Below are positions 39,472 through 48,685 of a stretch of 64,000 bases of DNA, piece after piece. The translations under genes were made by a program, and so were the position numbers. This DNA comes from Candidatus Kaiserbacteria bacterium. Its GTDB lineage: Bacteria; Patescibacteriota; Minisyncoccia; Phycocordibacterales; UBA918. The stretch is from contig JAHQWD010000003.1 of assembly GCA_019634005.1 (NCBI GenBank), positions 304,539-368,538 on the forward strand, written 5' to 3'. Numbering within the stretch: the stretch's first letter is position 1; every line of letters begins with the position of its first letter. The notes beneath the pieces are model-generated. The model was not told where the DNA came from and ran no database searches. It saw only the letters and a list, made by a program, of their open reading frames with translations.

Positions 39472-41229
39472 ATGAGTACCCTTGAACACAAACGACACAC
39501 TCTCGCCCATCTCCTGGCGGCGGCAGTTGTACAACATTATCCCAATGCAAAGCTTACACTTGGACCTGCTATTGAAAACGGCTTCTACTATGATATCGAC
39601 TTCGGCGATGAGACCTTCAGCGAAGATGATTTGAAGCGTATACAAAAAACCATGAAGAAGACACTTTCCTCATGGAAAGAGTTTACCCATGAAGAAGTCT
39701 CTCCCGAACAGGCACGAGAAATGTATGCGGACAATCCATTTAAATTGGAACTCATAGATGACATCGTAGAGAAAGGAGAGAAAATTACACTCTACACCGC
39801 AGGAGATTTCACTGACCTCTGTCGCGGTGGACATGTTGAGAATCCTGCAGAGGAGATTAGTGCTGATACCTTCAAGTTAGATAAAGTTGCAGGAGCATAC
39901 TGGCGTGGCGACGAGAAGAACCCGATGCTTACCCGTATCTACGGACTTGCATTTGACACCAAGGAAGACCTTGAAGCCTATGAGAAACAGCAAGAAGAGG
40001 CAAAAAAGCGAGACCATCGAAAACTTGGAAAGGAGTTAGACCTCTTTACGTTTTCAGACCTTGTAGGGCCTGGACTGCCTCTCTACACACCGAAAGGACA
40101 GCTCATGCGTGAGTCAATCACCGATCTTCTTTGGAACATTTCTAAGAAATATGGATATCAAAAGGTGTCGATCCCGCACATTACAAAAGTAGACCTCTAT
40201 GAGACAAGCGGTCATGCTGCTAAGTTCAAAGATGAGTTCTTTTATGTTGACGGAGCACAGAGTGGTGACAAGTTTGTACTCAAGCCAATGAACTGTCCGC
40301 ATCATACACAGATCTACGATTCTAAACCTCGCAGCTACAAGGAGCTCCCGATTCGTATGTCTGAAGTAACCCATATGTATCGAGATGAAAAACCGGGGCA
40401 ACTCGTAGGACTCTCTCGAGTACGAGCGATTACCATTGATGATGCACACATCTTCTGTACACCTGAACATATCAAAGATGAAGCAATAAACATTGTAAAG
40501 ATTATTGAGGAGTTCTATACCTCATTTGGTCTCTGGAATAAGGGTGAGACGTTCTGGGTATCACTCTCTGTTCGTGACCCTGAGAAGCCAGAAGACTACC
40601 TTGGAGAAGATGAAAACTGGAACAAGGCAGAGCAGTATCTTCAGGAAGTATCCGATGAACTTGGACTTGACGCAAAACGTATTGAAGGTGAAGCTGCCTT
40701 TTATGGTCCAAAACTAGACTTCATGTTTACCGATGCGTTGGGACGCGAGCGACAACTTGCGACTATTCAATTGGATTTTGTCATGCCTGAGCGCTTTGGA
40801 TTGGAATATGTTGATAAGGACGGAGAAAAGAAGATCCCCGTTATGATACACCGTGCAATTGCAGGATCACTCGAGCGATTTATGGTGATCATGATAGAGC
40901 ACTTCGCGGGAGCATTTCCACTTTGGCTTGCACCAGAACAAGTACGCATCGTACCTGTTGCTGAGGCGCACCTTCCGTATGCAAAAGAGGTGCTTCAAAA
41001 ACTTTCCGATGCAGACCTTCGGGTCACACTTGATGACTCTAAAGAGTCTATGGGAAAGAAAATCCGTGGCGCAAAGAAAGATAAACTCCCCTACTTCATT
41101 GTTATCGGAGACAAAGAGGTGGAGGAGGAGACTGTTACCCTGGAGTCTCGAGACGACACCTCAGAGACATACTCCCTTTCTGATGTCGTAACACTCCTCA
41201 CCAAAGAACGAGACGAACGTTCTCTCTAA
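39472..41229 (+). CDS. thrS: Threonine--tRNA ligase
   Basis: RHTLAHLLA, DLCRGGH, RDHRKLG, KPMNCPHH, GEAAFYGPKLD and MIHRA. Start moved to the ATG after the T-box terminator. Confidence 0.98.
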   Translation: MSTLEHKRHTLAHLLAAAVVQHYPNAKLTLGPAIENGFYYDIDFGDETFSEDDLKRIQKTMKKTLSSWKEFTHEEVSPEQAREMYADNPFKLELIDDIVEKGEKITLYTAGDFTDLCRGGHVENPAEEISADTFKLDKVAGAYWRGDEKNPMLTRIYGLAFDTKEDLEAYEKQQEEAKKRDHRKLGKELDLFTFSDLVGPGLPLYTPKGQLMRESITDLLWNISKKYGYQKVSIPHITKVDLYETSGHAAKFKDEFFYVDGAQSGDKFVLKPMNCPHHTQIYDSKPRSYKELPIRMSEVTHMYRDEKPGQLVGLSRVRAITIDDAHIFCTPEHIKDEAINIVKIIEEFYTSFGLWNKGETFWVSLSVRDPEKPEDYLGEDENWNKAEQYLQEVSDELGLDAKRIEGEAAFYGPKLDFMFTDALGRERQLATIQLDFVMPERFGLEYVDKDGEKKIPVMIHRAIAGSLERFMVIMIEHFAGAFPLWLAPEQVRIVPVAEAHLPYAKEVLQKLSDADLRVTLDDSKESMGKKIRGAKKDKLPYFIVIGDKEVEEETVTLESRDDTSETYSLSDVVTLLTKERDERSL

Positions 41230-41266
41230 ACAAAAACCCCGAGCTGTTGCTCGGGGTTTTTGTTTA
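41227..41266. terminator. Bidirectional intrinsic terminator
   Basis: TAAACAAAAACCCCGAGC-TGTT-GCTCGGGGTTTTTGTTTA, spanning the stop codons of both convergent genes. Confidence 0.85.
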
Positions 41267-43603
41267 TGCGTCCTCGATAATAGACTCAATACGTTTTCGA
41301 TCAAGGGCAATCCAGCCATCTTCCATCGGGAATGTCGCTTTTGCAAGATCAGCAATCTTGTTAAAAAGATAAAGCTGCTCTTGTTCTGTCTCTGCTTGTT
41401 CTCGTATGAATGCTCCCGCATCTGGTGCAAGGAGAATACGCTCTTCCTCAGCACGCCTTCGGAGTGTTGAACGTCGATCTATAGCTGGTTCCTCCGCCAC
41501 AAAAGTCCCCATATCCTCTGGTACATCTGGTTTAGGAGTCTCGACTGGTGCAACACTTGCTACTGCTTGTGTTGTAGATGCAACTGCGGGTCGTTTATGT
41601 ATAACGAGTATATAAGCAATACCAACTCCCCACAGTGCAAGAATAGTGTAGAAGAGGGTGGTAAGAAGTGGTCCTGCCTCAAATCCAGTGTATGGCACAT
41701 TTGATACTGCAATACCAGCAACCTGTCCCGTACGAGTAATATTTGCTGAAGCTACAGAACCGCCATTCTCATCTACTTCGATACGTACACTACATGTACG
41801 ACTACCGTCCTCATTGTATACGGTCAGCGTATAGCGCGTATCTTCGTCTGGGTACACGTAGATACTATCGTCGTCTTCATCATAGTCCTTTCGATCGCGG
41901 GAACTGTGTCGTGTATCGAAATACTCTTCTCCGTGATCATCGCGGAGTCGTATGTCATCTGCTCGCTGGTTATCCCATGAGAGACGCACACGATCTCCCT
42001 CATCGATATCATCATCTGAGGCATCAAGGTCACATCGTGGACGGTCGTTATCGTCATCATCGTCATCGACATTGATGAATTCGCTACAAGTCACCTGATC
42101 CCCTCCGCTTGATGCGGTAAGAATATAGTGGTCATCATCTTCGTCTGCCTCAAGCCAAATTGACCCATCTTGAGAGACATGGCCAACACCATTGTTAATA
42201 TAGACTTCATCGGCACCAGTGGTACTCCAGAAGAGACGGAAATCGTCACCTTCATCAACCGTAGAAGGGCTTGCATAGAACGAATCACAAGAGAGATCAT
42301 TATGGCTTACAGGTGTGTCATCTTCGACAACTACTGACTCGGTACACGTTACCATCTCTCCTTCACTATTCTCTGCGGTGAGTGTGTAGGTTGTATTGTT
42401 AGATGGAGAAACTGTTCGTGATCCATCAAGTGCAACAGAGCCGATCCCATGATTAATAGATACATTGACAGCGTCTGATGTATTCCAGATGAGTGTTGTA
42501 CTATCTCCATCATAAATGACTGCTGGAGATGCATAGAATGAGTTACACTGCGGAGCACCGATTGCCGTTGGAGTGTCCTTTTCGACAACTACTGACTCGG
42601 TACACGTTACCGTCTCTCCCTCACTATTCTCTGCGGTGAGTGTGTAGGTTGTGGTACTTGATGGAGACACAGTTCTCGATCCGTCGAGTGATACCGAACC
42701 AATTCCATTATCAATAGATACTTCAACAGCGTCTGATGTATTCCAGATGAGTGTTGTACTATCTCCTTCCGAAATAAATGATGGGGACGCGTAGAACGCA
42801 CCACACCGCGGCGCATCTATATCTACTGGGTGATGTGTTGTTGGGGCGTCAACATATACAGACGTATGACATGAAATGTCATACCCATCACCGTATGCAG
42901 TAAGTGTAAATGTACGAGATTGGTCCACAAAGATCGTTCGTGATCCATCTTTTGTTACACTCCCGATTCCACTAATCTGCACAACATCTGCATCTTTTGT
43001 GTCCCATGTAAGAGTTACATTACCGCCCCCTTCTGAGAGCGACGTCCTACTTGCTTTAAACTCTTTACAAACAGGATAGTCTCGATCCTTATTCTTACCA
43101 AAGCTAAATATGCTTCCACTATAACTTCCGCCGTAGCTGCTACCAGAATACCCGTATGAGCTTCCGGAATATGAATATATTGGAGTGTAGCTACCTCCGG
43201 AATAAGAGTAGTCCGATCCGCCGCTGTATGAATAATCTGAATCACCTGAGTACGAATAGTCTGATCCTCCTGAATATGAATAATCTGAATCACCTGAATA
43301 TGAGTAATCAGAGTCATTCGAGTACGAGTAGTCGGAACCACCACTATAGGAATAGTCAGAGCCATTTGAATATGAATAGTCAGATCCGCCGCTGTATGAA
43401 TAATCTGAATCACCTGAATATGAGTAATCAAATCCGCCGCCATAAGAGTAGTCTGATCCTCCTGAATATGAATAGTCAGATCCGCCTGAGTAAGAGTACT
43501 GTGCGAATACGGTCGTTGGTAGGAACACAAATACCAAAAGACCCATCGAGAATATCTTTCCGACTTTACCAAGAGTTTTCATACTAATATCTCTATAATT
43601 CAT
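41264..43603 (-). CDS. Large cell-surface protein: signal peptide, Ser/Tyr/Gly octapeptide repeats, five Ig-like repeats, VPYTG motif, TM helix and cytoplasmic tail
   Basis: Signal peptide ending VFA|Q, five C...W...Y/F-x-LT...C domains, then VPYTG followed by a hydrophobic helix and HKR. Alternative start at 43582. Confidence 0.85.
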   Translation of the reverse strand: MNYRDISMKTLGKVGKIFSMGLLVFVFLPTTVFAQYSYSGGSDYSYSGGSDYSYGGGFDYSYSGDSDYSYSGGSDYSYSNGSDYSYSGGSDYSYSNDSDYSYSGDSDYSYSGGSDYSYSGDSDYSYSGGSDYSYSGGSYTPIYSYSGSSYGYSGSSYGGSYSGSIFSFGKNKDRDYPVCKEFKASRTSLSEGGGNVTLTWDTKDADVVQISGIGSVTKDGSRTIFVDQSRTFTLTAYGDGYDISCHTSVYVDAPTTHHPVDIDAPRCGAFYASPSFISEGDSTTLIWNTSDAVEVSIDNGIGSVSLDGSRTVSPSSTTTYTLTAENSEGETVTCTESVVVEKDTPTAIGAPQCNSFYASPAVIYDGDSTTLIWNTSDAVNVSINHGIGSVALDGSRTVSPSNNTTYTLTAENSEGEMVTCTESVVVEDDTPVSHNDLSCDSFYASPSTVDEGDDFRLFWSTTGADEVYINNGVGHVSQDGSIWLEADEDDDHYILTASSGGDQVTCSEFINVDDDDDDNDRPRCDLDASDDDIDEGDRVRLSWDNQRADDIRLRDDHGEEYFDTRHSSRDRKDYDEDDDSIYVYPDEDTRYTLTVYNEDGSRTCSVRIEVDENGGSVASANITRTGQVAGIAVSNVPYTGFEAGPLLTTLFYTILALWGVGIAYILVIHKRPAVASTTQAVASVAPVETPKPDVPEDMGTFVAEEPAIDRRSTLRRRAEEERILLAPDAGAFIREQAETEQEQLYLFNKIADLAKATFPMEDGWIALDRKRIESIIEDA
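42323..42800 (-). repeat. Tandem duplication of an Ig-like domain (258-bp period)
   Basis: TTCGACAACTACTGACTCGGTACACGTTACC starts at both 42323 and 42581, followed by further long identical blocks. Confidence 0.9.
43187..43498 (-). repeat. 13 x 24-bp coding tandem repeat (YSYSGGSD consensus)
   Basis: Residues 36-139 of the surface protein. The units differ largely at synonymous positions. Confidence 0.92.
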
Positions 43604-43703
43604 AACTATTCCACATCAAATCAATGTGTGTATCAATGGTGAAGATCTATTCACAACTGATACACAAATTGATTCTAAAGAATCAATTGAAAGAAAAGGA
43701 GTT

Positions 43704-43734
43704 GGATATCGGGCGTATTGCGCGCCCGATATCC
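43704..43734. terminator. Intrinsic terminator of the lipoprotein orphan
   Basis: GGATATCGGGCG...CGCCCGATATCC hairpin with a T-rich tail on the minus strand. Confidence 0.75.
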
Positions 43735-43742
43735 TTATCTGT

Positions 43743-44570
43743 TTAGTCCCGCATGTCGACGCGATAGGAACCTTCCAGCGTGGCAAACCGACGACGATCT
43801 TTTTCGTCACCGGAGATATTCCCACAGGAGAAGAGGAGAAGAGGCTCTCCGTCGGGGTCGAGCAAAACATATTCGCCCTCCCGACACCCCCGTTGATACG
43901 TGAGATCGTTCTTCGAGCCTGAGAAATCGGTGCGGTTGATCCAGCGTCCTGAGAGAAGCTGGTCGGTGCACTTGACTTCTTTCAGCCCAGACAGAACTTG
44001 GACGACCTCCCGCCGATCTCGGAAGCTTCGTTGAAGGCGAACCTCCAGCATCGACACCCAGTTCTCCCACCGGATCCTGAAGAACCGGTTGTAGCTCTCG
44101 GGATCGGCGATGGAAGCGATGAACTCCCGCTGCCTTACCGAGTACGTCGGCCGGTTCCAGTAGTTCGGAAACCACCGAGTGGTGATGTCCGTGGCGGCTG
44201 GTTGTTGGTATTGCAGAGGTTCAGCCGAACCGTAGTCGCGATATTCGTCGCTGCTGCTGTTACGGAAATCAGCACACTCCCAGTCCTTGGGCCATTCGCG
44301 GATATACCGTTCGGTGCGGTTTCCGTTAGCCTCCGTCACATACCAAGCTTCTGACCTTGGTTTTTTACAACCGAGTGACAGCTTGTACTGGTCGAAGTCA
44401 GTCAATTCGGGGATCCACCCTTTATGCGGGATGGGGCACCATTTGACCCCTTCGATCACCTGACAGGAGGGGGCCTTCCCTGTTTTCGGATCGGGAGATT
44501 TGACGCCCGAAGGGTCCGTACACGCCCCCAGTGCCAGCAAAAGTGCTGACGAGATTACGAGTGCCTTCAT
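43743..44570 (-). CDS. Hypothetical orphan lipoprotein (275 aa), SD-led
   Basis: MKALVISSALLLALGA|C lipobox and AAAGGAG SD. Visibly more GC-rich than its flanks. Confidence 0.75.
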   Translation of the reverse strand: MKALVISSALLLALGACTDPSGVKSPDPKTGKAPSCQVIEGVKWCPIPHKGWIPELTDFDQYKLSLGCKKPRSEAWYVTEANGNRTERYIREWPKDWECADFRNSSSDEYRDYGSAEPLQYQQPAATDITTRWFPNYWNRPTYSVRQREFIASIADPESYNRFFRIRWENWVSMLEVRLQRSFRDRREVVQVLSGLKEVKCTDQLLSGRWINRTDFSGSKNDLTYQRGCREGEYVLLDPDGEPLLLFSCGNISGDEKDRRRFATLEGSYRVDMRD

Positions 44571-44717
44571 GGCAGACTCTCCTTTCTTAAGATGAACATT
44601 CTACCTCCGTACATACGGAGGTAGACTCCTCGCTGTGCGAGGTTTCCTTCCAAGAAATTTTTCCAGAGAGAAAACCTCGTACATGCGTACAATACTCCAA
44701 AAATCTATAACCAGAGT

Positions 44718-44746
44718 ATTATAAAGTATCTAAAAGGTATTGTCAA
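44718..44746 (-). promoter_or_regulatory. Perfect-consensus sigma70 promoter of the lipoprotein orphan
   Basis: TTGACA-N17-TATAAT on the minus strand, 5 nt after the sortase stop codon. Confidence 0.85.
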
Positions 44747-44751
44747 TATAT

Positions 44752-45381
44752 CTAAGGGTTGAGTGGAAAGGAGTCAATGAGCACTGCTTCAACGATAAAT
44801 CGGTCATCCTTTGCACCAAACGTATTACACGTCACTAACGTAAGCCGTTTTTCTGTACTTTCAGTCTCTACTGTCGCCAGTGTCGCCTTCTCTTGATATG
44901 TTCTATCGACACGGTAGATGTACTCAAAATCGTTAGATTGTATCCGAATAAGGTCTCCCCACTCTAGGTCTTGGATTCCATTAAATGCCTGAAAGTTCCT
45001 ATTTTGTACCGTTGGAAGGTAGCTGGAATGTCCAAAAAGAAACATACCCCCTTCAGAGAGTAGATCTGCAGAGTCAGGATGACGTACCACTCCCGAGAGT
45101 AATGCATCATCAAGATCTACAATACTACGTGAAGAGGGATTAAGAATCGCTACCTCTTTGTTTAATTTATCAATGATGAGCTTATTTGGCGTTGCATCTT
45201 CTGCAATGACCCCATAAGTTTCAGTCATGACCACCTCTTCAGCACTCTTCGGTTCCTCTGGAATGAAATCCACCATATACAGCACCCCATAGGTGATGAG
45301 TATCACCACAAAAAAGGTGCCGAAAAAAGAGAATTTTCGCTCCCAGATACTCTCCAAGACATAATCGAGTGTTGCACGCAT
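44752..45381 (-). CDS. Sortase
   Basis: N-terminal TM, then the catalytic His (LFGHSS), TLVTC Cys motif and Arg (DDRFIV). Confidence 0.9.
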   Translation of the reverse strand: MRATLDYVLESIWERKFSFFGTFFVVILITYGVLYMVDFIPEEPKSAEEVVMTETYGVIAEDATPNKLIIDKLNKEVAILNPSSRSIVDLDDALLSGVVRHPDSADLLSEGGMFLFGHSSYLPTVQNRNFQAFNGIQDLEWGDLIRIQSNDFEYIYRVDRTYQEKATLATVETESTEKRLTLVTCNTFGAKDDRFIVEAVLIDSFPLNP

Positions 45382-45406
45382 ATGTACCAAAATAATACCC
45401 TACCCT

Positions 45407-45419
45407 TTGACATTGTCAA
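45407..45419. promoter_or_regulatory. Palindromic -35 pair serving divergent promoters
   Basis: TTGACA-T-TGTCAA. Plus strand reads TTGACA-N17-TAATAT and minus strand reads TTGACA-N16-TATTAT. Confidence 0.6.
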
Positions 45420-45435
45420 TAGTATGTTGTAATAT

Positions 45436-46098
45436 GTGAGCATCATGAATACCCACATTGCAGAACCGCAAAGTAGCAAAGCAATGAAAGCGCTCGCTTT
45501 TATTGGTCTTCTGGCTATTCTCTTCGCCATTCTCTTTGGTGTCGTAAAGCTTGTACAGCTCTCCTTCCCCGAGAATGCACAGTCCCCTGCCGCTGTTATT
45601 GAGAGTCAGGAACGAGTACCTGAAGCGGTTCCAGAGTCAGAGATTATTCCTGAACCAGAAATTACCGAGCCAGAACCTGAAGTGGTAATCCCAGAACCAA
45701 CTCCAGAGCCAGTTGTAAAACAACCAAAGCCTGTATATGTATCACAATACAACGATATTCAACTCTCTATCCAAAATATTGGATTTATCTCAGGAGGAAC
45801 ACTTTTTAGTTCACTGATTATCGACAGTAACATTCGTGGTGGTATCCAGTTTGCAGTAAAGAATATCGGTACACGATATTCCAACACATGGGATATGGAT
45901 ATCAACCTTCCAAACGGAGAAGATTACCGTATGAATACACAGCCAGGACTTGCACCAGGTGAAACTGCCTTTATCACTATTGGATTCGATCCAGATCGTC
46001 GTGACGGTACGTATACATTTGATGCGCGTGTCACCTCATATGGAGAGACGACAAACTCCAATAACTACGTCAGTGGTTCAATGACATTCATTGACTAA
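45436..46098 (+). CDS. Membrane-anchored protein with Pro/Glu linker and C-terminal CARDB/Ig-like domain
   Basis: N-terminal TM, EPEITEPEPEVVIPEPTPEP linker, then FAVKNIGT...GLAPGET...ETTNSNN. Confidence 0.72.
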   Translation: MSIMNTHIAEPQSSKAMKALAFIGLLAILFAILFGVVKLVQLSFPENAQSPAAVIESQERVPEAVPESEIIPEPEITEPEPEVVIPEPTPEPVVKQPKPVYVSQYNDIQLSIQNIGFISGGTLFSSLIIDSNIRGGIQFAVKNIGTRYSNTWDMDINLPNGEDYRMNTQPGLAPGETAFITIGFDPDRRDGTYTFDARVTSYGETTNSNNYVSGSMTFID

Positions 46099-46125
46099 GA
46101 AAAAATCCGACCAAGGTCGGATTTT

Positions 46126-48189
46126 TTAGAGATCGATAGTCGCGTTCTTCGCATTCGACTGAATGAAGGACTTTCGACTCGATACGTCAGTACCCATCAA
46201 GATATCAAATACTTTGTCCGCCTCCACCGCGTCTTCTACGGTCACCTGCTTCAGGAGACGGTTCTCTGGGTTCATAGATGTCTCCCACAGCTCATCTGGG
46301 TTCATTTCTCCAAGACCCTTGTATCGTTGTAGTCGTACGCGAGAACTCTTCTTTGCTGTTGTTTCTTCTGTCTCTTCTTCATCTTCAGATTCAGTTTCTT
46401 CAGACACCTCTTCGCCAAGGTCCTTTAGGATAGAGAGCTTCTCATCTTCAGTATATGCATAGAACATTTCCTTTCCTTTCTGGATCTTATACAGCGGTGG
46501 CTGTGCGATATAGAGATACCCGCCATCAATAACTTCACGGAAGTGTCGGTAAAAGAGCGTGAGTAAGAGTGTACGAATGTGTGCACCGTCGACGTCCGCA
46601 TCTGTTGCGATGATAATTTTGTGATACCGAAGTTTTTCAATATCAAATACGTCTCCAATCGCAGTACCAAGCGCAATAACCAAGTTCTTGATCTGCTCAC
46701 TGTTGAGCATCTTATCAATACGCGCACGCTCTACGTTCAAAATCTTTCCACGAAGCGGCAAAATTGCCTGCGTACGCCGATCACGACCCATCTTTGCAGA
46801 ACCGCCCGCAGAGTCTCCCTCTACGATAAAGAGTTCTGCCTCCTCGGCGCTCTTGGTCTGACAGTCTGCCAATTTTCCAGGAAGTGTCATTCCTTCAAGC
46901 GCACCTTTTCGGAGCACAGAATCCTTCGCTGCTTTTGCTGCCTTACGTGCCTTCACCGCAAGTGTTGCCTTTCCAATGATTGCCTTCGCATCATCTGGAT
47001 TCTCCTCAAGGAATGTGTTGAATGCCTCACTGAAGACAGACTCTACCGCACCACGTGCCTCAACAGAACCGAGCTTCCCTTTTGTCTGTCCCTCGAATTG
47101 GATCTCTGGCATCTTCACGGAGATAACGGCAGTGATTCCTTCAAGAACATCGTCCCCCGTGAATGACCCGTCCTTCTCCTTGATGAGGTTGTTCTTCTTC
47201 CCGTAGTTATTAAGTGTACGAGTAAGCGCAGTCTTGAATCCAGTCACGTGTGTCCCCTGCTCTGGATTGTAGATATTGTTCGCAAACGCAGACAGACGAG
47301 ATGAGATATCATCCACGTACTGGAGTGCTACCTCTACCGCAAGCACTGCGTCGTCCACCTCTGTTTTTTCAATATAGAAAATGTTCTTGTGTACAGGTTT
47401 CTGATGCTGGTTATTGAATGCAACGAGAGATTTCAATCCTCCCTCGAAATAGAAGTTCATGCGTGGCACTTCCATCTTCTGGTCTCCAATGAAAAGCACC
47501 CCCTTCATATCGAGATTTTTTTCAGTCTTCTCATCCATCTCCCGTGCATCAATGACCTCGATACGCATTCCTTTCACAAGATACGCTTGCTGTCGCAAGT
47601 GCCCCACAATGCGTTTGAAGTCATATGCAATCTCCTTAAAGATTGCTTCGTCTGCTTGGAAAGTGATTGCGGTTCCGTTTAACTTTGATGCGGCTACCTT
47701 CTTCACTTTCGCTTTTGGCTTTCCGATGTTGTACTCCTGCGTGTAGTACCCACCATCGCGATGCACCTCTGCAATGAGGTGTGTTGAAAGTGCATTCACC
47801 ACAGACACACCCACTCCATGGAGTCCTCCAGATACCTTATACCCTTCTCCACCGAACTTTCCTCCCGCGTGAAGTGTCGTGAGAATAGTCTCAAGTGCGG
47901 ATGTCTTTGTCTGCTTGTGCTTATCAACGGGAATACCACGTCCATTATCTGCAACACGAATGTAGTTCCCAGGAAGAAGGGTCACCTCCACACGGTCTGC
48001 AAAACCACCCATGGCTTCGTCCCGAGAGTTATCAAACACCTCCCAGATAAGGTGGTGGAGCCCATCAGGCCCCGTGGTACCGATGTACATTCCAGGACGC
48101 TTGCGTACTGGCTCCAGTCCCTCAAGAACGCTAATAGCTGATGCATCGTATCCGCTCTTTTTCGTTGCTTTCTTTGCTGTTTTCGGCAT
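46126..48189 (-). CDS. gyrB: DNA gyrase subunit B
   Basis: EGLEPVRKRPGMYIG, DNGRGIP, SGGLHGVGVS, EGDSAGGS, DADVDG and QRYKGLGEMN. Confidence 0.96.
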   Translation of the reverse strand: MPKTAKKATKKSGYDASAISVLEGLEPVRKRPGMYIGTTGPDGLHHLIWEVFDNSRDEAMGGFADRVEVTLLPGNYIRVADNGRGIPVDKHKQTKTSALETILTTLHAGGKFGGEGYKVSGGLHGVGVSVVNALSTHLIAEVHRDGGYYTQEYNIGKPKAKVKKVAASKLNGTAITFQADEAIFKEIAYDFKRIVGHLRQQAYLVKGMRIEVIDAREMDEKTEKNLDMKGVLFIGDQKMEVPRMNFYFEGGLKSLVAFNNQHQKPVHKNIFYIEKTEVDDAVLAVEVALQYVDDISSRLSAFANNIYNPEQGTHVTGFKTALTRTLNNYGKKNNLIKEKDGSFTGDDVLEGITAVISVKMPEIQFEGQTKGKLGSVEARGAVESVFSEAFNTFLEENPDDAKAIIGKATLAVKARKAAKAAKDSVLRKGALEGMTLPGKLADCQTKSAEEAELFIVEGDSAGGSAKMGRDRRTQAILPLRGKILNVERARIDKMLNSEQIKNLVIALGTAIGDVFDIEKLRYHKIIIATDADVDGAHIRTLLLTLFYRHFREVIDGGYLYIAQPPLYKIQKGKEMFYAYTEDEKLSILKDLGEEVSEETESEDEEETEETTAKKSSRVRLQRYKGLGEMNPDELWETSMNPENRLLKQVTVEDAVEADKVFDILMGTDVSSRKSFIQSNAKNATIDL

Positions 48190-48330
48190 AAAAAATACTG
48201 AGCGAATATGCTCAAAATGTACCCATAGTATAGCAGATTTTTAGGAGAAAATCTTGCCTGATTTATACCCATTTTATATAGAAAAACCGCCCAAAACGGA
48301 CGATTTTCCGTTGGGCGGGATGCGCAAGGT

Positions 48331-48651
48331 TCAGAGCCACCTGCAGATGTATCGGAACTGGCGTTGACCGCCTGTAACAAACGGATTGCACCTGCGAACA
48401 AATACAATATAGACTGCGATAACCGCGGCTGGAGCAATCGGAACAGCAAACGCTGCGAGTGTTTGTTCCCAAAGCAGCCATTTCAGGAGTGTGTCCACTT
48501 CTGAGAATATGCCAGCGAGAATCAAACTGACCATACACAGAAGTAACATTATGACTGTGGTTAGCTCTAATACTGCGCTCAAATCTGCAGACAGCCACCC
48601 CCTTTTTGACGAACCGTCAAAAGGTAGCGCTATAATTCTACCTCCTAACAT
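48331..48651 (-). CDS. Hypothetical orphan membrane protein (106 aa, about 2 TM), SD-led
   Basis: GAGGAG SD at 48660-48665, two hydrophobic segments and its own promoter. Confidence 0.65.
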   Translation of the reverse strand: MLGGRIIALPFDGSSKRGWLSADLSAVLELTTVIMLLLCMVSLILAGIFSEVDTLLKWLLWEQTLAAFAVPIAPAAVIAVYIVFVRRCNPFVTGGQRQFRYICRWL

Positions 48652-48685
48652 CTCTATATCTCCTCGATAATTTCAAACCAATCTC

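Noticed and set aside
42323-42800. Two near-identical 258-bp copies as a DGR template/variable repeat pair
   Set aside because: Both copies are in-frame domains of one gene, the mismatches are not confined to adenines, and no reverse transcriptase is in the window.
43187-43498. 24-bp periodic repeat as a possible CRISPR array or ice-nucleation repeat
   Set aside because: There are no unique spacers and no cas genes. The units are in-frame codons, and YSYSGGSD lacks the AGYGSTxT/TxT pattern of ice-nucleation proteins.
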